DNA of 55,590 bases from Chromera velia (Eukaryota): the NCBI GenBank assembly GCA_018398765.1, contig JAHBMJ010000139.1, positions 1 through 55,590 on the forward strand, given 5' to 3'. The notes below the pieces were generated by a model. That model was not told where the DNA came from. It did no database searches and saw nothing but the letters and a program-made list of their open reading frames with translations. Below, one piece after another: positions 1 to 13,750 of the stretch; positions within the stretch are counted from its first letter, which is position 1; every line of letters begins with the position of its first letter. The position numbers and the translations under genes are program-made.

Positions 1-1212
1 TTACACTTTTTCTTTCTCTCTCTATCTCTCTCTCTATCTGTCTTTCACTTTCTCTCTAGAAAGGGGTTGGGAAGGGTAAAAATGGAGAGTGTCTGAATAA
101 AGAGGAGCGAGGGAATAACAAAGCTGTACCGCCTTGACCGTGCTACTCCACTACCACCTGCGGCTTTGCATTCGTTTTCCATCTTCGATTTTGAGCAAGG
201 GACTGAAGGCTTGACCAAAAAGCCAGTGCCAAACGGAGAAACCTGACCTAAATCAAACATAAGTCGGGGACTGGTGGATGCGTCTGGTTTTGCTGCCTTG
301 TAAAAGAGCAAAAGCAGTTGGAGAGAACGAATCTATCTCCAACTTTCTCCAACCGTTTCTCACTTTGAACTCCCTTTCTAGTTACAATTTTGAGCAGCTG
401 CAGAGAAGCTTGACCGAGGAACCGATACCAAGGAGCCGAAGCAGAAATCCATAAAATTGGATAAATCCAAGTCTCGGTTTGAACTCCGGGTGCATTACTT
501 AAGTGCAATTTCATCTGTCTGGTAATGATGAAATGCCTGTCGTGTGAAATTTAGTTTTTTGAAAATTTCAGTGGTTTTCTTCGTTTGTGTGAGGACCAGA
601 GAACTTTAGCAGGTTCAAAACTGAGTATCGGATTTGTGTACTTCCCTGTGATGGTAATATGGTTCTATGCGGCATTCTAATTCCGGTCCTCATGCTGCGA
701 GACTCAACTCCTCTGTGCGAGAATATATGAGAATATGACCCCGAGGCGAGGATTTTTGCGGATCTTGACGAGTCCTCGCCTTTTTTTCCCGTGCGCGCCG
801 CTGCTCTATATAAAAACAAAAACCGAGGCCCAGGGCCCCGGCATAAGTGCCCTAGCTATACAAAGCTCAGTATACATAGTTTTCCGGGGCCGGCTCCCGG
901 GCAGCTGCGTGCGTCAGTTTTTGATTCGAGCTAGCTTTAATTGGTGATCGAGTTAACGCCTGTCTGGTCATGCTGAGTTCTTCTGTTCTCTCTTAATTCA
1001 TGAGGAGGAGTTGAGGTTGAGATCGAATTCGCCAAATACTTTTTCCTCTTCCACAGTGTCTGAAACGAAGTGCGGAACCTATTCATTCTTGGCGAATGCA
1101 ATATTGTCATGCGAGTGTCGAGAGATCATCCTCATTCGTCAGTTCCGTCTCCTCTCCTTGTCTGAAAGGTGTGCTTGCTCTTTTCCTTCCTGGCTTCGAT
1201 TGAATAGGGGCA

Positions 1213-4200
1213 ATGGTGCCACAACCTCTGCACAACCGTGCAGGGCCGTGGCACGTTGGAAGGTTGTGCCTGGCATTCATGTCATTGACGGGAATGACTT
1301 TGGCCTTTTTGCCGAGTCCTCTCGTGCCCCTTCCTAGTTTACGCACGTTCTCGAGGGAGCTGCGGTCGCCTGTCAGTGTCCTTCGTGCGAGCGCTGAAGC
1401 AGAGAAGAAAGAAGAAAAAGGACCTGCGAGCAAATCGCAAAGACAGGCACTCATTAGAGGTACGTAAAGGACAAGTCTTAGCTCCATTTCTTCCCATTTC
1501 TTGCAAGTGCGCGTCTTACATGTCCTTTCTCGTGCCGACTTTTCTGCCCCCCCCTGCAGCCCAAGCAGCTGCCAGGTACAACGCGCTCAAGGAACAGCAG
1601 AACAGCAAATCCGTGGCTACACGCAACTCTGCCACCAAGAATCTTGACATGGCGAATAAGGCCCTTGCTCTTCGGAAGGCGCGCCAGATGCGAGCGATGA
1701 AGGGGGACAAAGGGTCGACCATCAAGGGAGGCGGAGGGGGTGCGGGAATGGGTGGATGGGGCGGTGGCAATAAGCAGTATGCAGTTGTAACAGACGACGA
1801 TAAAGTTTGTGAGGAGGCGCGAATGAAGGCCCAAGCTGCTGTGGATGGGGGGAGTTACTTTCAGGCCATCAGCATCTTGGAGAGAAGCAGAAAGAGCATG
1901 AAGATGGACTCCCCGGTGAGTTAGTTGACTTGAGATTATGCGGGACAGGCAGCCAGCAGGTGGCTAATGTTGGTCAGACGACTTCTGGTACCTTTTCAGA
2001 CCGTAAACTCCCGCGTACACCCACGTCTTCTCAAACTCTCACATCGTTTTTTTGCAGACGTCTATTCAACACATCCATCCTCCACCCCCGCCCCGCTTTG
2101 CTCCTCATTTCCTTTCTTTGCGCGCACATGTTTTTTCTCCCACCCACCCCCTTTCCTCCCTGAGGCTGTTAGTCTGTCCTGCTCCAGGCCTGACGGTATT
2201 CTCACGACCACACTTTTTAGACCCTACAGACTGACAGGTTGCGTGGAGAAGACAGATGGCCGGATGGCTTTCTCAAAGCCTCCGTATCGCTCCGTGTGAA
2301 CGGGTGTTCCCCCTTCTTCCAATTGACGCACGCATGCAGCAAGGGTGTCGGGCAGCTCTGGAGTTGGCCATGGCATACGAGATGGCAGGCGATTACGAAA
2401 ACGCGAAGAGGAACTATGGGGTGATCATCAGGAAGGCGGGTAACAAGAATATTCAAACGGCAGCCTCAAATCTATTCTCAAGGTCAGTCAAGTTGCTGCA
2501 CACATTTGTTCTGGCTGACGATTGCACATTCTCCTCTGTCTTCGTTTCCCTTCTCCTTTCTTCCCTACTGTCTTTTCCCTTCACTTTTCTTCCTCCCTCC
2601 CTCCCTCCCTNNNNNNNNTTTTCTTTCTTTCTTTCTTTCTTTCTTTCTCTCCCGTTCGCATTTCCTCGCTCCCTTCTTTCACTTTTGAAACTTCCATCAT
2701 CCCCCTTCCTGTTCGCATTCTTTGCTTTTGTCTCTCTCTCTGTGCTTCCTTCTTCGTTCGTGCCCTTTTCAGATTGTCGCAGTGGCAGGCAACAGGGGGA
2801 GGGTCCCTCCCGAACTCCCCCGAGAACCTCTACGGGCAGGTGAAGTTCGACGAGTCCCTGTTCAAACTCTCCAAGGAGGACTTTGCCTCGGGGGACTTTG
2901 TCAGGAAGGCCCTCGCGGCGCCCTCACAGATGGACAAACTGAGGAAATACTCTAGCTACGAGTCGTTGCAACTAAGATACGGAGGTTAGTTTTTTTCTTT
3001 ACAGAGGTTGGTTAGAAGGCACGCAGAGTAGAGAACAAGGCGCGGTTGGGTTGACTGGCGGGGGGGGCGGTTAAGGAGGGAAATCGGGTTTCCTTCCGTT
3101 CTCTTGCTTTGCTTTGCTTTGCTTTGCTTTGCCTTTCTCGGCTCCGGCATGCCTTTCCTTCTCCTTTCCTCTTCATTCGTCAACGACCCCTCGACAGAAC
3201 AGTGAGTGAACTCGTGTAGGATCGGGTGGACGGACGAGTGCTCTTCAATTGACGGAAAAAGAGCAAAGCGCATTTCATATGTTGACAGAGCAGCATTACC
3301 ACCGTAGAAGGGCGGTACCCAATTAATTAATTCAACGTATGATATTAATAATTGACTTTTGCAGTTCGGCCCGTCGATGACGTCGACCTCGCAAGGGAGA
3401 GACTCGAACAGGCAGCACAGATGTCCAATCCTCGGGCTTTCGGAGAAGCCGCCACACCTCTGAACGTTGCGAGAAGGGAGAGGCCCCAGGTGGCCCCGGA
3501 AAGTCCTGTCGTAGAGGTGGGTCGGCATACAAAAATGCATGCATAGAAGAGGTCGTGTTTTCAGAACTGTGTCAGCAGGCAACGTCGGCCATTCGGTTTG
3601 GTCTCGCTTTCATAGACACACCCATTCTTTTTCGTCTGCTCTCTCAATGCTGGCAAGTCGGGTGACTGTCTGTTTCTTTCTGTACGAAGATCCCTCGAGC
3701 AAGAGGGGGTGGTCGCATTCTACAGGTCGATGACTTGCGCCTCTCTGCCTGCCTGTCCGTTTTGACTATCATCCATTCAAAGAGTCGGGAGGAGAATGAT
3801 TTGGAGTGTCTGTGCGTGCCTGTCTCTCTCGTGTATCTTTGGGCCCCTCCGTGTGAAGGAAGGAAAGGAAACAAAAGAAGAGAAAAAAAGGAAATGAATG
3901 ACACACACAGTCTGTCTCTCGGTCTCCCTCGTTTGCCTCGATCCATGCTGAGTGAATCGTTCGTTTGCCGAATGCGTTCATGCAGGCAATGCGGTTCTTC
4001 AGGACGGCACTGTCCGTGCGTCTCCAGGAGGAGAAGGGGAGCGAGGGGGGGACGGTCGCAGCAGCATCTCCGGGGGAAACGGGTCAGCAGACACAGAGAG
4101 AGGCGCAGGGCGAGGGACAGGAGGAGGATGGAGATCCTGAGAGTCGCGTTTCTTCTCTTCTTTCAAGTCTGATGGAGGCGGGGGGACGGGTGGGGGAGGA

Positions 4201-4679
4201 GGAGGGAGTCGAGGGCGGTGTTGGCGATGGGGGAATCGGGGAGGGTCTCGGTGAGGGGAGTAGTGCAGTTGACTTTGACGGTGCGAAGGGTTTTCGAGAT
4301 GCAGAGGAGGCAGCATTGAAGGAACAGTCGCAAGAGGAAGAAGCAAAGGAGGAGGAAAACGAAGCAGCGGGGGGCAGTGGGCTGAGCGCGCCTCCAGGGA
4401 CAACGGTTTTTGGGCCGGGGGGGTGGGAGAAGGAATGGAGAAAAGCGGGTTTAGAGGTCAGTTTAAACTAATTTTTTCTCTTTCTTGTACTGGATTGATC
4501 CGTTCTTGCCTTGCGTCCTCTTCCATTTTCCCGCTCCTTCCGAAGGTCTCAAATTTTTATTTCAGTCCGACGGATGCACTCAAAAATTGCTAAGATCCTT
4601 TCTCTGTTTTGCTTCTGTGGTACTCTCTCCCAGAAGTTCAAAATATGCAGCCTCATTGATCCACCTCCCTCTCTCCTCC

Positions 4680-4729
<50 letters not shown>

Positions 4730-5795
4730 ATGTGCGTGATGTGTGTGCGTGGGTGGTCAGTTATTTGTTTCCTCCTCATCCTTCACGTCTCCCATTCTTC
4801 AATAGCATCTCAAGGCATTTCTTTGAATACATCCCTCCCTCGCTCCTTCCCTCCTTCCCTGGCTGTCTTGCAGGAGTCTCTGTCTGCAATCAAGGGAGAG
4901 TGGTGGCAGGTGCTTCGGATAGACGACGAGGGAGAGGTTCTCTATGCGAACTCTGAGGAAGGCCAGAAGAGCAGGCTTCTTCCCTTCCTTCCAGCTGCCT
5001 TTTCGAAGAAACGAAGTCAGGCGGAAGCACAGAGCAATCAGAGGGTAGGCAGTGGGCGTTTTGCTGCGGCTCCAGTGACTGAGTCTGCATTGAAAGTTCC
5101 CCAGCTGGTCATTGTAACGAGGCCCGAGTCTTTTAATGGAGGGCCCGGAAGGCAACTTCCTCAGTCTGCTTCTGCCAGGGCGAGGGATGCGTTGCGAACT
5201 TCCTCTTCCGCTGAGGTTTTGGTCCGTTGGTCGGAGTCCTTGGGGGGGTTTGGAGAAACTTCGGCAGACGGGAGGGCGATTCTGAATATGCGCAAGGGGT
5301 CGATCGACATTGTGTGGGACCGCACGCAGGTGAGTTCTTTCTGCCTCATTTCTCCTTTTTCTTTCCCCCCTAATCCTCCTCTTCTTGTTTGACTTTTTTG
5401 TTCCAGTCATGCACATGACTTGGTCTTCTGTGCCTATAGGGATATGTCTGTGAGCATGGTGCTCCACCACTTCGTGTGATCTTGTGTTGGTAATCTGACT
5501 GTCTTTTAGTGAGCCTTTACAGCACAGATTGGCTGATAGAAAGAAAGCGCTTCAGAAGGTTACTCTCAGACTTCTCAGATTCCTGAGAGGTGGCGGGCAT
5601 TTCTTGCACTCGGTTTCCCTTCCTTACCGGCGAGGGAGGAGAGTCGGGGAGATAAACGAGGCGATGGTTCTGCACGGGGCCTGAGCAGCTGTCTCTAAAT
5701 GTTTGCATTTTTCTCCTGGCGAGTCTTTTGACTCTTGTTCTGGATGTCATAACTCTTGGTGGTGTACTATCGATGTGTGTCCTGCCTTTCTTCTG

Positions 5796-5831
<36 letters not shown>

Positions 5832-5841
5832 CTGTGTGCAA

Positions 5842-5885
<44 letters not shown>

Positions 5886-7375
5886 TGTGTGTGTGCGTTT
5901 GTGCGCGTGCGTCTGTGTGTGTGTGTGTGTATGTGTGTTGCAGTTCGCTCTTGGACCTAGAAAGGGCGGGTCTCTGTCAACGGGTGGGACCCCTCTGCCT
6001 ATACCCTCCAGGTTGGTCCCTGTTTGTTTTGATCAGAGTTTGGGAATCTGTCGGAAACCTGCATGGGGGGAATGTCGTGCAGATCAGATCAGATGAACGC
6101 GTTGCATGAGGCCTGTGCACTTTGTATCGTGGATTCCTCTTGTCCATGTCTGTCCATCTTGCACGTCCGTCTCTTCATTCGTTTGTTCGGTGGTTGTTAA
6201 TTTGAATGAAGCAGCTGCTCCCTTGATCCTTCCTCTTCCTTCCTTCCAGGAGGCCTCGAGGGTGTCCTCTCCCGTGAAGCCCCCACAGACGCAGCGCTGT
6301 CTGTATTCCGATTTTTCCTTTGACTGACTGATTAATGCGCAGACGGACAGGTTGGGGGCCCGATGGACGGACGGACTCGAGGCCCTTCGGTTGATTTATC
6401 TTTTCTTTCTTCACTCACTCTCCTTTTGTTTGACTGTCTTGCAGGTTCGCGATTCTGCATGCAGACCGTAAGATGCTGGTGCTCTGGGACCCCCAAGCCG
6501 AGAGAAGCAGCTTCCTTCCAGGAGGACGCAAAAAGGTAAGGTCAGGGAGGGGGGATGGTTGTCTGTCGCCTTCCTTCCTTCTTTGTTCTCTTTTCCCGTG
6601 TGAGACCGTATGGTTCTTTTCTGCTTGCTTCTGGCCGCTTCTGGCCGTGTTCTACGCCAGAAAATTTCTTTTTTTCCTCTTGTGATTGCAGCGAAGGGAC
6701 CCCCTGGCAGGGTGTTCTCTCTGGTTGCGCCCTTCCATCGAGGCACAGGACGAGAAGGCGTTGCTGAGAAGGGGGGATCGTCAGATGCTCCAGTCCACAA
6801 GCACAAAGAGGGTGGGGGGACAGGTGACGTCAGACCCCTACAGCAAAGACTACTTCGCTCCAGAACCCGTACCCAAAATGGGCGGGTCCTCGAGGGAGTG
6901 GATGGCTGCCGCTGCACTGATCAGGGCAGAGGAGGGAGAGGCAGGAGACATTCAAGAAGGTCAGGCTGGTGCCGTCAGAGGTATGGAAGAGGAAGAGGAT
7001 GCAGGCACCCGCTTCCCCTTCCCCTCCCTCACAGACAACCCGCTTCCTCCCGTCTCCGCTGTGTCTACTGCCACGGCCCAAGAGGGTCTAGCAGAGCCCC
7101 TGAGCTTATTGGAAGCCCTGGAGGCCGAACCTTCCCCTGAGGCAACTGTTGAAAAAAAAAAGACGCCTGAGGGTCCCAGGTATACAGGTGCGGGGGGTGA
7201 CATGTCCTTGAGACGAGACTGGGGTCTTGCGGAGGAGAACAGGTTGCAGAAAAGAATTGGGGGTGTGTTGGGGAATCGGAGCGGGGACATCAAATTGATC
7301 CGCACGAGGCAGCAGCTCTTCTGGAAACACATGCCGATGGACTTACGGAAGTCCCCCACAGGACCTCTACCATGA
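1213..7375 (+). CDS. Multi-exon, probably plastid-targeted protein with a TPR-like helical segment and a C-terminal beta-rich (lipocalin/fibrillin-like?) region
   Basis: Phase-compatible GT-AG exons: 1213-1459, 1560-1915, 2340-2482, 2773-2984, 3365-3516, 3986-4456, 4874-5329, ~6250-6302 (donor uncertain), ~6446-6535, ~6692-7375. The N-terminus is a hydrophobic signal ending LA-F followed by an S/R/P-rich transit-like peptide (FLPSPLVPLPSLRTFSRELRSPVSVLRAS). The segment YFQAISILERSRK...RAALELAMAYEMAGDYENAKRNY is TPR-like. Confidence 0.7.
5797..5938. repeat. Intronic (GT)n microsatellite cluster, representative of many (also ~4682-4725, 7489-7522, 7720-7755, 9221-9273)
   Basis: Directly visible dinucleotide runs; they explain the CVCVCV/THTHTH ORFs in the track. 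Confidence 0.95.
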
Positions 7376-7485
7376 AGGAGAATTTAGGAGTGCGTAGGAG
7401 GGAATTCAGCGAAAGTTGAAGTAGATGAATGCATGGATGATGGGAGAAAGAGGACTGGAGTTTTTCTCTCCAGGCTATCCCAAAG

Positions 7486-7523
<38 letters not shown>

Positions 7524-7717
7524 CTTGCTGTAAGGGCGCATTTGCGTAGGTGCGTGTGTTTTCCTTCGTCACCGTGCGACTGTGTGTGCAACGACCTTTT
7601 GATCTCCTGTGATCTTTCTTCCTTGTTTCCCCTCCCCTTCTTTTTGGGATTGGAAACTGAGAGGAGGGAACTGTCGGTCGAAAAAGGAAGGAAGATCCCA
7701 TTTCTCCGTCGATTGAT

Positions 7718-7757
<40 letters not shown>

Positions 7758-9210
7758 ATGCATGCTGTGAGTGATTCGTTTGTGAGAGAGACGCGTGAGA
7801 CAACTCTAGTGATCGAAGGGAGGGGGAGGGATCATAGAGTAGAGATGCGCTGCTCTTTTGTGACGTGATGGTAATGCACCTGTTTATCTTGGTAGAGTGG
7901 AGTCCTGTCGTTGGGTCACTCTGCGGGCTCGCGCGTGTGCGAGCGAGACCCGGGCTCCTCCTCCTCCTCCTCCGGCCTGTATTTGCCTTCTTTCATTGAT
8001 TGCTTCCAACGTTTATCCAGTTTTGGCTTGATTGATGCCTGTTTTCCTTTTATTGAGATGCGTCTGCTCCTCGTCGTTTTTTTTATAAACGCGAGAATGC
8101 ATTTTGCACTGCGAGAGAGGAGTGCTTTCTCTCTCTCGATCGATCGATCGCGTTCGCTGGCTGGCGAACGCAAATGCTGACTGAGTGTTGGTTGACAGAC
8201 GGATGCACGGCAATGGAGGAGAGCCGGCAGGCGACTCCATGTATCAATAATCAAGTGGAGAGGCTGGAGGGAAGGGAACCAGGCATTTTGCCTCTGGGGT
8301 CCTTTGTAGAATGAAGAAGGAAGAAAAGTGACTGGCTCCCTGTTGTATTATCGTCTTGGCACATTGGTGCAGAAATGTTTTGTGTGTCTGACTGAAGGTT
8401 GAGGAAGAGAAGCAAGTATAAAAGACAGCGAGTGAAGGGAAGGGGCCGATCACGATTGTATGTGTCCCTCCCTTCCTCCCTGCATTTTGTGATCGAGGGT
8501 GTGGGGGACACCTGATTGTTTGGAGTGAAAAGGTTTCTTCATTCACGTCTGACTGCCCTCTCTTTCGCTCTTCCCGTGCGGTGCAGTGTGGTGAATTCGT
8601 TGTGTGTCGTGTCGTAGTCTCTGTGTGTGTGTCTCTCTACCTCCACTCTCTCTACCTCCTTCTCGATTGTCTCTGTGTTTCTCCCTCTTTGCTTCTCCCT
8701 CCTTCTGTCTCTCCCTCTTCCTATTCCTCTCTGTGTCCCCTCTCTGTCCATTCCAACACAGCTGCTGAGATGGAGGCAGGGCGGATGAGAGAGGATCCTT
8801 GCCTGCCTGCCTGCCTACCCTACAGAGTGGGTGCTTGACTGACCGACCTGACTCTCTTTAGACGAAGGTTATATGTCACGTGAGAGGTTTCTCTCTCTGT
8901 CAGGCTGTGAGTGTCTAGTCGAATGTTGCATGCAGGCTGCCTGCCTGCGTGGGAAGGGAAGGGAAGGGATGCCCGCGCGACCTGCGTGCATGTGCATCTC
9001 TCGGCCAAGGCTTTTGCTTTTGTTGGCGGGAGATGGGAATGGACAGTGGAGCCTGGGACTGATGACGCAGAATAAACAAATGCCTAGCGTCTACCGTAGT
9101 CTCCCTTTTAAACTGTCGTTGAGGGCATTTTGTCCCTTTGCTGGTCCTTCCTCGCTGTCCTTCCTTTCTTTCCTTTTGACCCTTCTTTCTCAATTGGACC
9201 CTTTTGTCAC

Positions 9211-9264
<54 letters not shown>

Positions 9265-9930
9265 TGTGTGTGTATTCGTGAGCGTGCGTGTTTCCGTGAT
9301 CACTCAAATTCGTTAGTTCTTTCCTCTTTCTCTTCTTTCCTTCGCTTCTTCTTGATACATGACTCCCTGACTTGTCAACAACACCGAAGTTTCACCCTAG
9401 GTTTCACCCAAAATTTGCGCGCAATTGACTACTCAACCTTCAGATTGACTCGACCCTTGAAGATTGGCGCTTCGCTGTGACGGCGGCTCTGGGAATCTGA
9501 AACTCTCCAGGAAACTTTGAGACGTTCCATCTGTCTCACAGCTAGCTTGAACTAGAGCTTAATGTCGGCCTGCACCCATATTTACCCCTGTTATAAAATC
9601 TGTCGAAGCCTGTAGGTCAAAGCGTTTTGAATTAAGTCCCGAAGTACCCGAACATATGAATTGATTTAACAAATATTCTCAGTAATTTAGTAATTAACTG
9701 GGTAATTAATAAACTAATTAATTCACACTGTTGTATGATAAATTGAAACATCTGATTTTAGTAGTTAGCTTCGTAACATCCGATATAAACTTTTTTTTGT
9801 TATCTCAGTACTAGGTACACATCGATCTGGTTTGTTGGAGCTTTGTTTTTTTTTAACCAGATGTATAAAAGTAATAATCATGATCGATACAATAAAAATG
9901 CAGTCCCTATAGAGGAATATCATCTAAACT

Positions 9931-10350
9931 ATGGGGGCAAGGGACCCGGGGCCTAGATGGGGGCCCATGGACTCGATCATCACGATTTACTCTTTAAAAA
10001 GCGGATGCTAGACGGCAGCTAGAGCGGATGTATGTAAAAAATGTTTTTCTGTTGTGTCACGAATCTACACAACTAGGACATGGAAGCTAGAGGGCCATCT
10101 ACTACTACTAAGTTAGTATGGAAGTTATCATACAACGAATGATAAAGCAGCCGGGGTAAGTAAAAACGACAGAATGCCATTAGCCTAGTACTATATAAAT
10201 GCTAAACACTAGGCTAGACAGAATAAAAAGGAAAAATAATAGCCTAGAAGCTAATAAAATGCGAGAAGTCAATCTAGAAGTGACTAAGAAGTCAATGTCC
10301 CCCTCCAAAAAAATTTTATGATAAATTATAGATTAGATGTTAATCATTAA
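9931..10350 (+). pseudogene. Decayed ORF with a BED-zinc-finger-like motif (probable hAT transposase N-terminus) in an AT-rich island
   Basis: In frame from ATG 9931: MGARDPGPRWGPMDSIITIYSLKSGC*TAARADVCKKCFSVVSRIYTTRTWKLEGHLLLLS*... The W..CxxC..HL pattern is BED-like. About nine internal stops, all TAG/TAA. Confidence 0.45.
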
Positions 10351-10865
10351 AATCAAACTAGAAATCAAATAATAATAATAATAATAATAATTAATTATAG
10401 TTATAGATAATTAAAACATCACGTACTATAAATACTGGAGTGACTGCACTAGTGACCGCATAACTTTCTATAGCTATAGCTTCATTAATAGTTTGGTCTC
10501 CCCCGGCCCAGTTTTTTCATCTCAGTTAGAATCAAAATTTTGAAAGTTATTGACTAAGTTATTGAATTTGAATTTTAATTGAGACTTGGATTGAGACACA
10601 CTGGGCAAAAAAGCCAGTGAGCGCACCACTTGGGCTCCGGACAACTGCGGGGCATGGAATGCAACGTTTGTTTGTTTGCAATCAAAACGTGCAGATCTAT
10701 AAAGTTTTATTCAACTGATTAAACCCGTTTGGCTGTGCATGAGACTAGTCGGCATGAGAATGCATTGAGTCATTAACACAGAGCCTCCCGCAGAAATAGT
10801 GGTAGAATGCACATCTTACGACTCTTGTTTTTCTCTCTCTCGCTCAAGTGCTTACGTACAATCTC

Positions 10866-12392
10866 TCAGATCTCCTTCCCTCCTGGACCTCCCTGTATCT
10901 TCTCAATCTGGCCTCTCAGGGAAGTACAGGATGCCTCGAGGGCGGCGATCTTCTTCTGGAGGAGCTCGTGTGCGTTCGAGGAGTATCTGCACGAAAGGGA
11001 AAGGGGGGAGAAAGTATTAAAGTTGTGGGCAAAACAAACAGAAGTGCACACAACTCTGACAGCCTGGAAGTATGGATGCAAGGAAATGGATTATGACAGC
11101 CTCAGCGAGAACGGAAGACTCGGTCAGGCAGATCTAAAGGAGCTGCGTTCAGCATGCCAATGAGTTCCTTCCTGGCTCATGCGCACTTAATTCGAGGACA
11201 CGCTATTTAGACTGTGGAGGGACAGGCCGGCTGCCTTTATGGGACATATAAATACAGGTGGAAGGAGAGCCTGTCTGAGAGCCGTCTGTTTCCCGTGATA
11301 GTTGGTCGCTCTTTCCCTTTCTGTCTGCGTCCATGGGGCCGCGTAGATCAGTGAATGGCTGCAAAGTACAACGTCCTTTTTTCTTCATATCTGTGCGCGT
11401 GAAAGAAAACATTTTTGCTTGACTGACCCCATCTTGCGTGCGAGACGTTCTCTCCTCGTCTCAATGTAGTGTTGCCTGTGCCCCTCTGCCGAAAAGTCTC
11501 TTTTTGTGCACGTGAAGAAGACCCAAGCGCAAAGCGCGTCGAAAACCCCCATTAGGTAACTGATGGGTTCCATAATGTCCCATGAATAGATGTAGTATGT
11601 CCCATATGCAATGATGAAGAACTGCGTGGCAGAGACACCCACGAAAGTCCATGCCCAGAAGGTGATCCCCTTGCGGGAGGCTTCCGTGAGCTGGGCTCTC
11701 TGGGCCGAGAGCGACTTTTCTTCTCTGAGAAGGGAGCGCAGTTTGGCTTCATTCTCGCTCAGCAGACACACGAGCTCGTTGTGCGTCTTCTGAATCGCGC
11801 ACTCAACGGTTTCGTTCATCTGTGCCTTCTCAACCTCCACGTCTTTCGGCATCACAAGAGACACAGACTCGCCTATGGCAGAAGACACGGACGGATTCGG
11901 CATTCCCTGTGCGTTCTTTGCAAGGGCGGCAAAGTCACTGCTGGGCATTTCTTTTCGACTGTCGGACAAGGCATTGCACAGGGGAGGGACCGCTATGTCA
12001 ACACCATTGACTTCAAGAGTGAAACCGTTTTCCGACAGTCGCAGAAGGTCTGCACTCTCTGCAACAGGAATGCCGTCGAGTGTTTTGACGACGACTTGGG
12101 ATTCCTTCGATGTATTGGCTTGGATTTTGGACGTCAGAGCCGAAACCGTCGGGGCCTCTGCCAGCTTGATTGGGAACTCTGTGACAGCACCGCCGAATGA
12201 TACCGTCAGTAGGGGGTTCTGTTTCTGTCTGGAGAGATCAAAAAAGGCCTCGTTGACCGAATGGGTGGAAAGAGACCCGAACCGCCTGTTGATAGACGGC
12301 CAAAGTCTCCCCAACGAAGCCAGAGGGACAAGACATCTTCCGCAAGGCAGGAGCCCTGAGACAGACGCGCGGGTAGGCGCTAGCGCGAACAT
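10866..12392 (-). CDS. MCU: Mitochondrial calcium uniporter pore subunit
   Basis: Two TM helices flank the selectivity filter YSWDIMEPISY, preceded by a coiled coil and an Arg/Ser-rich presequence-like N-terminus. Exons 12392-11428 and 10986-10866 join in frame (…RKMG|YSSNAHELLQKKIAALE…GKEI*). Confidence 0.93.
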
Positions 12393-12645
12393 GTCTGCTA
12401 TGCACTTGACTGATCAAAAGGCCTCTGCTCAAGGCTGCTCAAAAGCGATCGGGCGGAAGCGATCAAAGGATTCGATCTTAAACGCTCTCTGTATGGACGT
12501 CTCGAACAACAGTATAAAGACCCAACAACGGACAAGAAAAGCTCATCCAACGGGAGCGCTGTAAATGGTAGCTGGGATCAGACGACTTCTCTTGGACGAT
12601 GGATGGAGCTCTTGGAAACGGTGCATGCAAGTTACATGTACGTAC

Positions 12646-12682
<37 letters not shown>

Positions 12683-12954
12683 CAAAACGGTTTTCGAAAT
12701 GTCTTTTTCAAATTATGCATGCATGCGCTTTCAGGCTCATGCATGCTGAGCTAGCCAATTTGGCAACGGATCTTTCCGGGGCCTTTTCGAATTGATCGAT
12801 CGATCCGAGATGATCGACCTGCCCGATCAGACTCCGACGATCATATGACTCAATCTCGGGCGTACAGCTATAGACACTTGCCCTTCCATTTATCGACACG
12901 TATGCCCACAATCACAAAAGGCTAAACGACGGTGCCGATCTGTTCGCACGAGAG

Positions 12955-13717
12955 ATGAGAGAGGTGATGCAGGCAGCCCATCGCCGATGGGCGAGAGAGA
13001 GAGGTGCGGTCATGGAAGGGAGAGAAGGTCCTCTGGCTCGCTTCCCTGCGTATCCTCGTTTGCCTAGCCCTGCCGTGCGCAGAGTAGTGACTCTTAATGA
13101 AGTTCGCAGAGATGGCAGTTCCACAGACGAGAGCAGAGGGATGCAGTCACGCACACAGACAAGCCTTTTTCCTGGGGGGGGACAGGAAGAAGAAAAAGGA
13201 AATGATTTGGAGATGGAAGAACCTGTTAAGATATCCTCCGATGAAGAAGATTCGTCTGCAGTTGTGGAGTCGGCGCGGGAAACAAAACGAGGTCCATGCG
13301 AAGATGGATGTGACGGTTTTCATGCCCCCAACAAACGTACTAGGATTGTGAAAAAGAATGTAGCAGAAGAAGATGATAGCAGTGACGGGGGCGACTCTGA
13401 TCACGGTAGCGATAATGAGGACGATGAAGAGACAGAGGTAGAGGAGGAAGAATATTATCTCCTGTGGGAGAGTCGACTGGTGCAGGAGCAGAGAAGGCTG
13501 TGTGTGGGAGGGAATGCAAGGACCTTCGGCGGTTTCTTCGAACAGTATGGAGAATATGTTCCTCCTATCAAGCGTCGAGGGAGAGTCACTGAATGGGGGT
13601 ATTGGAATACTGATCCCGGACTGTATGAGATGATTCGAGGTGTGTGGAGTTTGCCGCGGGAAGTGATTGGGAAGATAGTTGTGAAAAAATAGCGTAACAT
13701 TAGTAGTTATGTGCATG

Positions 13718-13750
<33 letters not shown>

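Noticed and set aside
1..950. Short minus-strand ORFs at the window start
   Set aside because: No recognisable motifs; may be the 5' part of a gene or TE extending outside the window.
10807..11163. Plus-strand 118-aa ORF (and 11875-12564)
   Set aside because: Antisense to MCU exons and intron.
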